Positions 1-12,767 of a stretch of 39,842 nucleotides of DNA are shown here, one piece after another. The notes beneath the pieces were generated by a model, which was not told the DNA's origin, did not search any database, and was given only the letters and a program-made list of their open reading frames with translations. The stretch covers positions 14,473,463 through 14,513,304 of the forward strand of contig NC_069008.1 in NCBI RefSeq assembly GCF_001194135.2, in the 5' to 3' direction. How positions within the stretch are numbered: the stretch's first letter is position 1; each line of letters begins with the position of its first letter. The stretch comes from Octopus bimaculoides (taxonomy: Eukaryota). The position numbers and the translations under genes were made by a program.

Positions 1-970
1 GTTCTGACACTATTGTGTAGATCCTTCTTGCAAGGTTGAAGGGGATGTTTGTTTTGGTGTGTCTTCGGTGGCATGAATCAAATAGTGGATATTGTTTGTC
101 GTCTGTGGTTCTGTAAAATATGTCCGTTTCTATTTTTAGGTTTATTTTTTTTAATTAGTATATCCCAAGATGGGAGCTCCTTTTGGTTGTATTCCATTGT
201 GAACTGTATGTTTGGGTTGACGCTGTTCAATAGTCTTTTGAATTTCAGGAGTTTATCTGTGTTTTCATTCCAGAGTATGAAACAGTCGTCCAGGAATCTT
301 TTCCAATTTTCTTTTATGCATTGGGAAAGGGGGTTTCCAAAAGTAGATAAAGATTCCTGGTATATTATTACTTCCAAGTAACCCATTGTTAGGTTCGCAA
401 TGACTGGAGCTGCCCTAGTGCCCATAGCAATTCCGGAATTTTGTCGGTAAAACGTATTGTCAAACATGAAGTGGTTGTTTCATGAGATGAATTCAACCGA
501 TTTAGTTATGAATTCTTTACTGATCCTGTTTGGGATTTATTCCGGGAATTGGTCCAGCCAGAACTGAATTGCCTCTAGTCCATAATTATGAGGTATACTG
601 GTGTATAAATTAATCACATCAAATGAAACCATGATTGTTTCTTCCTTGACTTTTTTGGGGAAGTGATTTAACATATCCAAGTCATCTCTGATATGGCTAT
701 TGATGTGTTTAAGGAAGGGTTTTAAGTGTCCATAAATAGACTTAGTCTGTGTGTTTCACAGGCTGGGCTAGCGATAATGGGTTGTAGTTTTAGGTCCCTC
801 GGGTTTGGTGTATGTATGTACGTCTTTGGTGATTTTTTAATGGTTTCATTTATAATCTGGCTTTTGTGTATTTTTGGCAGACCATAGAAAAGGCTGGGTT
901 TGCATTTGAAGTCAGAAAATCAAACTCTTTGGTTGTCAGTTCATTTCCATGGGTCATTACATCTGTTAAA
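1..970 (-). mobile_element. Penelope-like element reverse transcriptase, decayed (stops and frameshifts)
   Basis: Minus-strand translation gives SLFYGLPKIHK, SFDVINLYTSIP, YRQNSGIAMGTRAAPVIANLTM, WKRFLDDCF, LNSVNPNIQFTME and TNIPFNLARRI, the ordered PLE RT and thumb motifs. Runs off the window's left edge. Confidence 0.92.
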
Positions 971-1500
971 GAACAAAACAAGAGAATTTTTACTTAAAAT
1001 ATTGCAGCTAATGATAAATTTGAATATTAGAAATTATTTGATCTTAATTTACAAATTACCTAATGGTAATTTAGTCAAGACTAAAAATGTGTCGACATGG
1101 CAATAACTTAGACAATAACTCAAGCAAATTTTACTGCGAATTTGCTGTTATAGGTAAATTTTACTGTAATATATAACTAATTTTTGTACTATTCTACTTA
1201 TTGTACAAACTAATTATGTACTACTATTATTTTTTATAACTGATTTTCAAATTTCTAATTATCAATTAATAATTAAAAAATGAATTTTTTTAAGGTGCAA
1301 AAAATATTTGAATTGAGCTATTTTTATTTTTAATAGAAGTAACAAGTAATAAAAAATAGAAGTATAGAAGTAATAATTTGTAATAAATCTTTTATTTTTA
1401 ATAAAAACTAATATTTTCTAAATCTAAATATTTTATTTGAAATTTTATCATTAGCTGCAATATTTTAAATTAAAAATTTCTTGTTTTGTACTTTACTTGA

Positions 1501-1558
1501 TGTAATAATTTGTCCAGGACTTTTCCAGATGTAATAAATTGTCCTGTACTTTTCCAGG
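1501..1558. repeat. Two-copy 29-bp tandem repeat
   Basis: tgtaataatttgtccaggacttttccaga followed by tgtaataaattgtcctgtacttttccagg. Confidence 0.85.
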
Positions 1559-1620
1559 TTTATAATCTTAAGAATATTATTTCTCTTGCTCGCATTTTTC
1601 CATGTAGTGTATAGATGTAT

Positions 1621-1870
1621 GATTATGTGTGTATATGTGTGTATATGAATGTGTGTGTACGCATATATTTATGTGTATGTGCGTGTATATGTGTGTACAT
1701 ATGTGTATGTGAGTATGCATATATATATATGCATATATTTATATATATATATGTATGTATATGTATGTGTGTATGTGTATATGTGTGAGTACATATATAC
1801 ATATTGCTAATATGTGTGCATACGTATGTATGCCTGTGAGTGTAGTTATATTCATTTGTATGTATAAACA
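1621..1870. repeat. Compound (TG)/(TA) microsatellite
   Basis: Degenerate tgtgtgtata arrays; source of the spurious H/T/Y-rich ORFs. Confidence 0.9.
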
Positions 1871-2269
1871 TCCTACGTTACTGTTGGATATGACCACACA
1901 AATTCACACTCCCACAATCTTTATAAAACCGTTAAGAGTAGATATAATTTTTATAGAGACGCTATTGACTATACACACCAATTCAAAATTTCGTCAGCCT
2001 GTGGGCACTAACTGACTAATATGGGTACATGTTAATTCTATTTATATGTGAGATGGGGATGAATACATGGATATATATATATATATATATATATATATTG
2101 AGGTTATGAGAGGTAATGGTGTCAAGAAGACCCAAAGGTGTCAGGTAATGCTGAGTAAGTGCTATGAACAGACTATATTTAAGCTCCAGGTTCGGTGATT
2201 ATGCGAACGAGGAATCCAACGTAGGTCATATATCAACATGCATATATATAAAAAAAATTAACAGAATGA

Positions 2270-2400
2270 GATAAAAATCCAAGGCTGTGAAAGATTTTAG
2301 AACATTTATAAACAGAAGGTCTTACAGCTGTTTCCGGGATATTTTATATATCCCTTCATCGGAGACGGTGCGAGAAGATGGTTAAGCAATAGTTATTCTA
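2270..2400 (-). mobile_element. Terminal (pseudo-LTR) fragment of a Penelope-like element, same family as 23695-24380
   Basis: Close match to 23700-23830 (cttacagctgtttccgggatattttatatatcccttcatc.gagacggtgcgagaa); contains a hammerhead motif. Confidence 0.7.
2319..2366 (-). ncRNA. Minimal type-I hammerhead ribozyme motif (core mutated U4->C)
   Basis: Minus strand: GUCU-CCGAUGA-A-GGGAUAU(AUAAA)AUAUCCC-G-GAAA-CAGCUG-UA-AGAC. 4-bp stem I, 7-bp stem II, palindromic stem III, GUA cleavage triplet. Confidence 0.7.
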
Positions 2401-2536
2401 GAGAACATACACGCTCACACAAACACACATACACACTCACAACCACAACCACACAAGCTGATCTTAATCTTTTCACACCATAATCATAACACATAAGTGC
2501 ACACATGAAATACTATATGATATAAAAAAAACCCCA

Positions 2537-3200
2537 ACTTACTTTCAATGAGGTTGAATGCAGACTGTACACTTTAGCTCTTTATGCGAAGAGTTGATAT
2601 CAGAACTGTTTATCAATGTCCTAAATTTGCTCTGCCCTCCTTGCCGTCTCCGTCTGTCAATGCTTTCCTCTGTTACCCATAATAGTGTCTATAGATACCA
2701 GGACTCATCATAAATGTTAGTACTGGTCACTGCTCTTAGTCTAATGTTCTCTTATCAGTTTTACTTGCAGACTGAAGTTTTTCCATAAATGATCAAAACT
2801 CACAGACTGTCCACCGCTGTTAGTAACAAACACTCAGATCAAACTTGTTTGCCAATATGCAAGTATTTCTGTACAGAAGTGAAATTTACCAAACATTTCA
2901 ATACTTATTCTTTGATTGCTATGAAGAAAAAAAGTCCTTCAGTAGAGTCATGCGCTTCACTAAATATACATAACATACGTTTGAGCAGTTATTGAATCGT
3001 TGCGATGTCGGTAATATCGTTACTGCGATATTTATGATGGTGACGATCTAGTATTATCACCTGGTGATGGGACGATGTGTTTGTGTAAAGTGGAGATATA
3101 AAAACTGAACAGGTAACGTCGCTATACCCAAGATTTCCTATGTAGAAAGGCATTGAAACCCGTCAACGTGCATAAGGCGACGGCGACATGTTCATACTTC
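2537..3200 (-). other. Degenerate exon-like segment, paralogous to 25546-26100
   Basis: About 74% identity to 25546-26100 over ~350 hand-aligned nt. Both end at a minus-strand GTAAGT donor (2537-2542). No intact ORF in any frame. Confidence 0.5.
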
Positions 3201-3835
3201 TGCACAGAACACAATCAATTATTATCATTGATATTTGACTTTGAAAGATAGCTTTCATCATTTCATGATAAATACACATGCAAACATTTTAAAGGAAAGG
3301 TTGCAGATTCACACACATACATACACAAGTATAAATAGGTATGGTGGTGCAAACAGGAAAAATAGTACACAAAATATTGAATATTTGTATATGTTTATCA
3401 ATACTTATCAGAAGCAAAACAGTTGCTGAATCGCTGAGAGTTGCGTGAATTGGCACTTATCAAACTAGATACAGGTCGAAGTGTTGTGGCTTTATACAGC
3501 TGGTGAAAATTCTATTTCCCTCTGGATTGATCTAAATCGAATTTTAAAACCATAATGTCAAGTAGATGATTCATATTTTTCAAACAATTTGGCAATACAT
3601 AAGTAAATAAATGAATAAACAAATAAGAAAGAAAGAAAAAAAATCCTTGTATATGTGTGTGTGTGTGTGAGTGCATACTAAAAATATGCATGTGTGCGCG
3701 TCTGTGTATATGTATATGAATGTATATGCATGTACANNNNNNNNNNNNNNNNNNNNNNNNNNNNNNNNNNNNNNNNNNNNNNNNNNNNNNNNNNNNNNNN
3801 NNNNNNNNNNNNNNNNNNNNNNNNNNNNNNNNNNN

Positions 3836-4005
3836 NATCTTACTGTTCAAAGAAGACTTTAAAATTAGCGACTTCTCTTGAAAATCTGGCATCATGGGGT
3901 TATCAAATATGTGCAGAAATAGGGATTGGCTGCTCCAGTTCTATCAAGAGTACAAAATTGGGCAACTGAATTTTGGATAGAAAGGGAGAACACTGAACAT
4001 AACCT
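3836..4005 (+). mobile_element. Mariner 5' fragment (N-terminal HTH)
   Basis: Reverse-complement match to 9850-10075; encodes WHHGVIKYVQK and AAPVLSRVQNWATEF. Confidence 0.75.
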
Positions 4006-4270
4006 TAAAATTTCCTTACTAATTATATCAATTTCTGATTTTGCAGGGTTAATTAATCTGCATTTAGGATTAGATGGGAAGTTCTTTTTATGGTCCTTGA
4101 TAGTTATGAAGGCCTTTGGGGTGGGATCTCCATTTTTCTTTTTATCTAATCTAAACCTAGCGGCGATGATACTACCTCCATTATTAATGTCGCTATAAAC
4201 TTGCGGTCCAGCTTTAGTGTAATTACTAATAACATTGTTATATAGGAGTTGTGAGCAAGTTCTTAGTTTT
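4006..4270 (-). mobile_element. Penelope-like RT N-terminal fragment of a different lineage
   Basis: Minus strand PKAFITIKDHKKNFPSNPKCRLINPAKSEIDIISKEIL. Confidence 0.7.
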
Positions 4271-4439
4271 ATCAGCGAAGAGTACCGCTGTTTTGGAATT
4301 ATTTACAAATGAATATACATACATCAACCGGTTACAACCCTAAAATTGTATCCAACCACTGTCCTTTTAGCTAATAATCTATTTGCAACAGCAAAATGCT
4401 AAGTGAAACCGAGTATATTTAGCAAGATATCTTCTTTAA

Positions 4440-5520
4440 AACATGACAGCTGACGACATGCATCTGCACCGGATGCTGTAACACAACCATGCGCATTAGC
4501 AGCTATGGCATGCCAAGACCACCATTCATAGGGCACTGACAACAGACAGATCGCCTGACCAGTAAAACGCATCCTTTCCTTAGAGACCGGAAAAAACTCT
4601 CCAGTCTGGCCAAACCTGGTCTAAGGTGAGGTACAAACTTCTGGTGGTAATTATTAGGGAAGCAATATAAGTATTAGCGACCTCAGATCCTCTACCTTTC
4701 AGGGATGATTTTCTCTCTGCCTACTTCACAGAGAAACAGGTAACCCTGCTTGATACCTCATCCCATTTCTTGTCCATCCAGTGGTTCGGGTCAAACTAGG
4801 CCCCGGTCATTTTCACCAGTCCGTCTGTTCATCAATCTTTTTATGCTGATCGTTTGCATAGACTTGTTTCTTCAACCACCGAGTCGAAAACCTACTGACT
4901 GGTTCGGATTTATCTTTCCTACTGGCATCGCTTCATATCCTTTTGAAATGGTATCGACTACCTGAAATTCCATGGTGTTTGATACCATTACCATGACGTC
5001 ATCCGCATACGTCGTCACACGTACGCGAATGACAGCACGTTTGAGATTCTTCGACCAAGCCATCACGAACAATTGTCATTCTCTTTGCTAAAAAAAACTT
5101 GGTAAAAATTTTAAACGCTATTCTTAACAGAGTTATGTGTCGGAAATTGTCTATCAATATCCCTTCTATTGGCGTCCTTTCTCAGCAATGTTAACACACC
5201 CCGGCTTACAGAAATGTTTTGCTGCCAATTGTGATAGACGTTTACTAAGAGATCACCAAACATATCTAGTATATAACATTAAAACTCATAGGGCAGACCA
5301 TCAAAACGGTAGTTTGTCCCTTATGAAACCATTCACTACTTCTCGTATCTTGGTTAATTCTATTGGCCTTTCTTCCGACAATCGTGGTAGGCCGTCGAGG
5401 TAGCCACTAAGGTCCATCCTTCTCTATTATGCATTCCATTCTCCGACGTGTCAGGCAAAGTGCCGCTGGAAAGCCGTATACATTTGCTGATTTTCTTACT
5501 TGTTCTGTTCTTGATTATCC
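4440..5520 (-). mobile_element. Tx1/L1-clade LINE, internally deleted and decayed
   Basis: RVTTYADDVMVMVS...YEAM..GKINPNQSVG (RT domain); PRLSEERPIELTKIREV upstream. Confidence 0.8.
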
Positions 5521-6721
5521 GTGTATTAATTAAAAATATTAGTTAATGAAAACATTTTAATGGTATATCAATATTTATTATGACTAATGATGCTGCTGAA
5601 TTTGACAGTCAATCGCAGAGTGCATAGGGACATTTTTGAGTAATTCATTGTACCTGTAAGATTGTGAAAATGGTTAATATCCTCTGTCACTAACTATCGC
5701 TAAAATCGTACCCTAACGACTTAAAATATAACTTTACTGTAGATTGAAAACATATTGCCGTAAAGTGGTCGTCATGATTGGAACGCCTTTAACCATAGAT
5801 CTTGTTCGATCAAGGAAGACCCCTTTGAAATATTCCTTACTCCTATGTGCAAGGACAGAAATTTTGATGTTCTTCAGTGCCTTTGAGAATGCTGGGGTGA
5901 GGAGCGGATGAATGTATTTCAAGGCAGAGACATAGTGCAAATATTCGCCACAGTGTTGATTTCACTAAAGTGCTCCAGTCAAGGGTGAGGTCGAAGTGTG
6001 AAAATCCAGTCATCTACACATGGACAAGCTTTGTCTTTCTGATACAGATTACTTCTATGGAACTTTCCTTCACAAAAATTTGGAAGACTATCAAGTAGAA
6101 GACATTACATGTCCAATGTATCACTTATCAGCGTCATTTCGATTTTCAGAGACAGATTGCTTCCCAATTACAGCTTGCGAGGCAAACTTTTACACTAGAA
6201 CATCTGATAACGATAACGGTAACAGCACCAAAAAACAACTGTTCCCTATTACAGTAACGTTCGTCATTTTATGTGTCATATCAATCTGGAGGCTGGTTTG
6301 GAGCCATGAGTCGCCCGTTTGTCAGTGAAGGCCAGAATCTCTGTCAATGTGGGAAATTTTGCCTTTAACCTCCAATCCTCTGCTCCAAAGGAGATTAGAA
6401 TATTATATGGTATAACAGTAAGTATTTCGTCGTCATCATTTTTACTTGGTTTACCTGTCAGAGTATATGTCAAAACAGTAGCAAACATATTTTGGCACTA
6501 ATTATTCAATACTATGCATGTTTCATTTGCTATATCAGGAGTTACAAATATGTTCATGTAGAATAAACATGTAAGATATCTTCTATGATATTGTCTGATT
6601 CTCTCCTTGAAGAATATTGTAACTCCTATTAGCTAATGAAACATTTGCAATGATGAATAAATAATACAGGAAGATTTTTCTAATCTCTAATCTCCTGTTT
6701 CAACATATATATATATATCAG

Positions 6722-6775
<54 letters not shown>

Positions 6776-7215
6776 NNNNNNNNNNCCAATATGTAAAAAA
6801 CATGGAAGAGATTAAATTAATTATAATTAGATTAATTTAATCATATCTTACCATTCTCCAAAGTACAAAAATGAAGGATGCATCAGAATAATTGTAACAG
6901 AAGAAACATTATTTTGCTACAGGAGACTGTTTTGAGTCCGTGTCGCATAACTCGTTCGGATATTAATAAAAAGATTGTAAAAGGTGAAATATAAAACATG
7001 TTTAGGTAGTGTTGAGTCTAGTTGTGTAAGAACTAAAACTGGTTTGGCTAACGGATATTTTGAAATATAAGTAGGAAAAGTTAAAGAAACATTCTCTCTA
7101 TATGGGTATAACTAATATTGTGAAATACATACCATATAAAGTATTCATCATGAGGAATAAATTATATTATATCAATATGTACACGCACATATATAGACAT
7201 ATACACACACAATAC

Positions 7216-7253
<38 letters not shown>

Positions 7254-8850
7254 NNNNNNNNNNNNNNNNNNNNNNNNNNNNNNNNNNNNNNNNNNNNNNN
7301 NNNNNNNNNNNNNNNNNNNNNNNNNNNNNNNNNNNNNNNNNNNNNNNNNNNNNNNNNNNNNNNNNNNNNNNNNNNNNNNNNNNNNNNNNNNNNNNNNNNN
7401 NNNNNNNNNNNNNNNNNNNNNNNNNNNNNNNNNNNNNNNNNNNNNNNNNNNNNNNNNNNNNNNNNNNNNNNNNNNNNNNNNNNNNNNNNNNNNNNNNNNN
7501 NNNNNNNNNNNNNNNNNNNNNNNNNNNNNNNNNNNNNNNNNNNNNNNNNNNNNNNNNNNNNNNNNNNNNNNNNNNNNNNNNNNNNNNNNNNNNNNNNNNN
7601 NNNNNNNNNNNNNNNNNNNNNNNNNNNNNNNNNNNNNNNNNNNNNNNNNNNNNNNNNNNNNNNNNNNNNNNNNNNNNNNNNNNNNNNNNNNNNNNNNNNN
7701 NNNNNNNNNNNNNNNNNNNNNNNNNNNNNNNNNNNNNNNNNNNNNNNNNNNNNNNNNNNNNNNNNNNNNNNNNNNNNNNNNNNNNNNNNNNNNNNNNNNN
7801 NNNNNNNNNNNNNNNNNNNNNNNNNNNNNNNNNNNNNNNNNNNNNNNNNNNNNNNNNNNNNNGTGGCTTCATTTAATTGAAAAATACAATCATTACATCA
7901 ATTTAAATGCAGGGCTATCCTCAGCTGCACAAATAAATAGAATTTTTAATCAGTCGGACACATTAATATAATTTTACTCAAATACTCCAATAGAGCAAGA
8001 AGATAGAAAATCTATGATGTCGCTATTGTAGCTAAGAATATACTACACTTTCAAGAAATGTATTAAGTTTGTTGGGGTCATAGCTTGTAAAGGATTGTGA
8101 TTAATTTTTATTTTATTAGTCTTTTTATCAACTACTAAATCTAAGACTAGAGGACTGTGTCTGTTTAGAATGGAGGGAAGGAGTGAGTTGATAGCTCATA
8201 ACTAGGAAGACTCCGAATTAAGATGTTAATTACCAGTTAAAGGGGCAAGACGCTAATAAAACCTAAGATGTTAATGCAGAAGATATTTTATCATGGGGCA
8301 TTATGGGTGATTGTTTATAAAAAATATTGTTATGTTGTATAAAGATAAAATTAAGGATTATCAAAAATGATATCACAACCAAAGTAAATAAAATGTGTTG
8401 AAAATTGATATATATATACATTTTATCTATTTTGGTTATGACATTATTTTTGATCATCTAAAATTTATAATCTGTTAAACTTCGGAAACTTTCCGTGTTT
8501 ACGGCCACGACAGCGAAATGGTGTGTCGGTGTATGTGTGTTGACTGGCATAACGAACGGTTAGAGGTGAAACTCTTGACAAAAAACAATGAGGTGGCAGG
8601 TCCAATGTATATAAAAATGCACATTTACCGTTAAATTACCAGTTAACAATTATCGCAGCAGTTGCAAATTTACTGTTAAATTAGCAGTTCATACATGTGC
8701 TTCTATTTGGTTAATTTGCTTATACTTGGTTAATTTATACTGTATACAAATATAAAGACATAATGCATACATACAACTGCTTACAATAATAGAGATTACT
8801 GTATAATTTCTTCTCTGTTGATAATTTTTGGTTTACAATATTAAAAAAAT

Positions 8851-9245
8851 ATGCCACCAAAGAAAACACGTAATCTCTCCAGAAGCAAGTATACAGCAAG
8901 GGGGTTGTAGAAAACCGAATGCGTGAGTCTCAAGAGAGAAAGGAGATGAGACTTTCTCAAGATCAGCAAACACATAATGCAGCGCGTCATATGGAGTCTT
9001 AAGAGAGAAGGGAGATAACACCTGCCCCAAATCAGCAAAATGGAATCTCAAGACAGAAGCGAGCTGAGACTTTCTCAAGATCAGCAAACGCATGCTACTA
9101 CTACACATCAAATGAAGCCTCAAGAGAGAAGGGAGATGAAATTTTCTCAATATCAGCAAAGGCATGCTGCAGCACGTCAGATGACGTTTCAATACAGGAG
9201 GGAGGTGAGACTTTCCCAGGATCAGCAAATGCTGAATCATTAAAA
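8851..9245 (+). mobile_element. Helitron-like ORF N-terminus with ~69-nt coding tandem repeat, decayed
   Basis: MPPKKTRNLSR start; repeated MESQERRE(L/M)RLSQDQQxHAAARx units of 23-24 aa, as seen at animal Helitron Rep/Hel N-termini. No Rep or helicase motif present. Confidence 0.55.
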
Positions 9246-9249
9246 CAAC

Positions 9250-10355
9250 ATTTGGCGTCCTAAAAAACTGAGGCCATCACCTTCCTTGCAGATGACAAGA
9301 CCTTGGCCTTTGGATCAGTTGAGAAAGGCTGCTTCCACTGAATGGATTGTCTCTGTTTCTGGCTCAGTGTGATGAAACCAACATTCATCCTTGGTTTGGA
9401 AATGTTCGAAGAAACTAGTTGGATCCGAAGCAATATCAGATTTTCTTGTCTGTAATCAGCGTGGTACACTTTTGCTTAGGCGTCAGAAGACGTGGCACCC
9501 ACTGACCGGAAACTATCGTCATGTCACGTTTATTATACAGAAAATTCTCAACACTCTCACGGGATATCCTAGTCATTAATCACAATATGATGAACACAAT
9601 GTTTTCTTCGTTCGTGGCAGTTTCAGGACGTCCAGACCCCAGGTTATATTCAGTACTTTCCATTCTTCACCAAAATTCAGCTGTCCACTTTCGCACCGTC
9701 TCACCATGAATGTTCTTCGGAGATAATCCCTTTTTCTGCACTTATTAGATAACCCCATGATGCCAGATTTTGTCGATTTTCAAGAGAAGACGTTAATTTT
9801 AAAGTCTTCTTCTTCGAACGATGAGATGTCAATTATTTAAAAATGAATTGAAATTAATGCACGAAAGATTTAAGGTTATATTCAGTGTTCTCCCTTTCTG
9901 TCCAAAATTCAGTTGCCCAATTTTGCACTCTTGATAGAACTGGAGCAGCCATGTCACCATGGATGTCCTTCGGAGTTAATCCCTATTTCTGCACATATTT
10001 GATAACCCCATGATGCCAGATTTTGTCGATTTTCAAGAGAAGTCGCTAATTTTAAAGTCTTCTTTGAACAGTAAGATGTCACTTTACATGAAAAGAAAAA
10101 AATGCAGTTGTTTGTAAGAGAATTGAAATTAATGCACGCAAGATTTCACAGCTCTGACATCACTCCTTCATAGCGAAACTATGAACTTTTCAGTCCATCC
10201 TCGTCCANNNNNNNNNNNNNNNNNNNNNNNNNNNNNNNNNNNNNNNNNNNNNNNNNNNNNNNNNNNNNNNNNNNNNNNNNNNNNNNNNNNNNNNNNNNNN
10301 NNNNNNNATCACTCCTTCATAGCGAAACTATGAACTTTTCAGTCCATCCTCGTCC
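9250..10355 (-). mobile_element. Mariner 5' half with TIR and internal 253-bp tandem duplication
   Basis: Minus strand SGRPETATNEENI, QWVPRLLTP, QSIQWKQP, KAKVLSSARKVMASVF. TIR-like gacgaggatggactgaaaagttcatag at ~10330-10355. Confidence 0.85.
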
Positions 10356-10996
10356 AGAACACAGGTTTTTATATATTTCTAGAGTGATTTTCAACTTGAA
10401 TCAATAGAAGTCGAGATAGGACCTGGTTAGAAGGGTGCAAGTCAGTGTCATCTCCACCACTGGATCGCTGCCTTCCATAAAATAATTTCTGAGAAAAAAA
10501 GACACGATTAAGGCTTATATAATCTGAAATATAATCTGCAGCGGATTTATATATGTTTTTTAATCCATAAATGGAGGTATAATTAACATTTAGATGCTCT
10601 TTAACATGAGTATCACCGGTAAATCCTATTGAGAGAATGAATATATTAGTTCTCTATCGCGGAAATGACTGGCGATTCCAATGATACACATCACTATATA
10701 TCCAGAACATATATACGGTTCGGTAGTTTTCAGGTAAAAAAAACCTATAATTCATAACATGATGAGACCGTTGGTGCTAAAGAAAATATGGCTCAACCTA
10801 TGCTTGTTAATTAAAGTGTAAATTTTGAAGAAAATAAAATGAATTACATTCCTTTCTGTTTCTTGCAAAATGAAATTAACGGCGCGACTTGTATTACGTT
10901 AGGTTACATCGATAATCATAGGAAGTAACTCTACTGGCCCAGATGATGGAAGGGAGATAATCTTGAAAACTTTTGCACATAGAAATATGCTTCGTA

Positions 10997-12490
10997 CAAG
11001 GGTAAGTCTTAAACTGTACGCAGACTTGCTTGTAATTTATAAAATCAAAAGCAGGGATTGAACAATTGCATAAATTTTCGACGTTCCTCCTTGATTTTGA
11101 TGCATTTCTTCCAGCAAACCACAACCTTTCTTATTCCATCGGAGAAGATTTTCGGCAGGTCATGCAACTATGTATGAACCGCTTGCTGCGCTTCGTTCGT
11201 AGCAAATCGACGACTGCGTAAAGTACAGGTTCCCCAAATTTTTCGGGCTGCCTCCCCCTTGGTACCCGGGCCACATTCCTAGCGCCTCCTCTACTCACCA
11301 ATACAATCATAGACCACTGTGTACAGTAAATCGCAAAACAATAGTATTTCACAAATAAAAACCCATTATTTTATTGTATTTACATTAATCACCCGCTTTT
11401 CTTCAAAATCCCAACCCTGTATTTTTGTAGCGTCTTCAGTGAGGCAATACCACCCACTTTGGGTACCGCAGTCGTAAAGATTGGTCCACAGGGGTGATAA
11501 ATTGAGGAGGCGAGATCTGGATTAAATAGAGGATTTTCCAACAACTCGAAATACAATTTTAGAATTGTTTCAACGGTGTGGTTTGTTGTATATGGGCGTG
11601 TATTGTCATACAACAATAACATGTGATGTAACAATAGACTTCTGCGTTTCGTGCGAATTGCTGGTTTCTCTTAGTTAACCACTATTTCACTGTTGACCCT
11701 TTTAAAGGGCAATGTTTTAGTCTGGGCCCGTTTGCATTCCAAAAACGCTCAATATCACTTATTTCTGCAGAAGAGTGAATCTTGAATTTCTTCTCCGCTA
11801 GCTATTCATGGCGTTTCCACTTCATAGTCTACCTTTTGGATTCTGGCTCAAAGTGATGGACCAAGATCTTATCCCTTGAAACTATTCTCTCCAGAAACAG
11901 CTTTGGTTTCACCGCTGTAGTGTTCGAGTTACAACAAATCTCCACACGATTCCGCTTCTGCACGTCGGTTAGCTCTCTTGGGACCCAACTCGCACAGACT
12001 CTACGGAAGCGAAGCTCGTCATGGATGATTTCGTTTGTAGAACCATAATAACTTGCAGAGAACAAGCCACCACATCGATAGTTAATCGTCGGTTGACCAG
12101 AAGCATTTCTCCAGATTGTTGAATCTTCACGTCAATGGGGAAGGGGTTCTGCTCACTGTTCGTGCTTTACTTCTCGTTCCACACATAAACACTTCTACGC
12201 AGTTGAACGCTGTTCCTGCATTGCTCTGAAAGCCTGCGATGAATTTAAGCGGCTGACGTACGTTCAGATCAGCGAAATAGTTTCACTGGTCTCCGTTCTT
12301 CCTAGGGGCACACTGCCTGTAGACCGATTATGTTTACTCTGTAACACAAGAAAGAAAACTGGAGAGACCAACGTGAAACGTCGGTCACGTAATCACAAGA
12401 GTACCACGTTTTAGTACGCGAACATTGAAGATGGTTCGACTTATCTAAAGAATGTTCTGGCGAAACGGAATTATTTTTGACTTCGTCTTG
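10997..12490 (-). mobile_element. Full-length decayed mariner (DD34D type) with TA target duplication
   Basis: Ends TA|CAAGGGTAAGTC and GACTTCGTCTTG|TA (imperfect TIRs). Motifs VCASWVPRELT, RIVSRDKILVHHFEPESKR, LLYDNTRPYT, NPDLASS(I). Confidence 0.88.
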
Positions 12491-12656
12491 TACAATCAGT
12501 ACAACAAAGAGTCAAGACCTCATATTTCTATACACACGCACGCACACACACACCTATATATTCTGGACAGTCGGGAATTGGAACTACAACAGCTCTGTCT
12601 CTAGAAAGAGAGAAAGGGAATCACAACTCAAAAGATAGAACAATTTGCATGGATTC

Positions 12657-12662
12657 TTTATT
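12657..12662 (-). terminator. Candidate polyadenylation signal AATAAA of the five-exon gene
   Basis: AATAAA on the minus strand ~105 nt after the TAG at 12768. Confidence 0.55.
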
Positions 12663-12767
12663 AACAGGTAATACTTGACTTATGTTGATCATTAGTGGTG
12701 GTCAGCTGGATTGGATGGACGTTAACAACATCAGTAGTATCAATGGATATCATGTGCTGGGTTAGTT

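Noticed and set aside
2098-2250. Repeat-like segment after (TA)n that might be another pLTR with a ribozyme
   Set aside because: No catalytic core can be read on either strand, and the family is not identifiable from this copy.
2270-3200. One segmental duplication covering both the hammerhead end and the exon-like segment (vs 23700-26100)
   Set aside because: The pLTR copies are much more alike than the ~74% exon-like copies and are spaced differently, so independent later insertions fit better.
7102-7971. Long ORFs containing X runs (also 15099, 16613-17675, 21820-22704, 24581-25346, 34404, 38152)
   Set aside because: They are open only because N gaps translate without stops.
8925-9245. 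Regularly spaced repeats as a CRISPR-like array
   Set aside because: Eukaryotic context; the units are contiguous in-frame coding repeats without unique spacers.
9250-9300. Mariner fragment ends about where the 28960 fragment begins (KVMASVF), suggesting one element split by an inversion
   Set aside because: The overlap is ~35 bp in an abundant family and no matching TSD is visible; coincidence is likely.
9700-10140. Initially read as a Helitron 3' region ending in CTAG at 10379-10382
   Set aside because: The reverse strand translates as a mariner N-terminus with a TIR, and no Helitron hairpin precedes the CTAG.
10156-10355. Identical ~50-bp sequence on both sides of a 100-N gap
   Set aside because: Most likely an unmerged contig overlap, not a real direct repeat.
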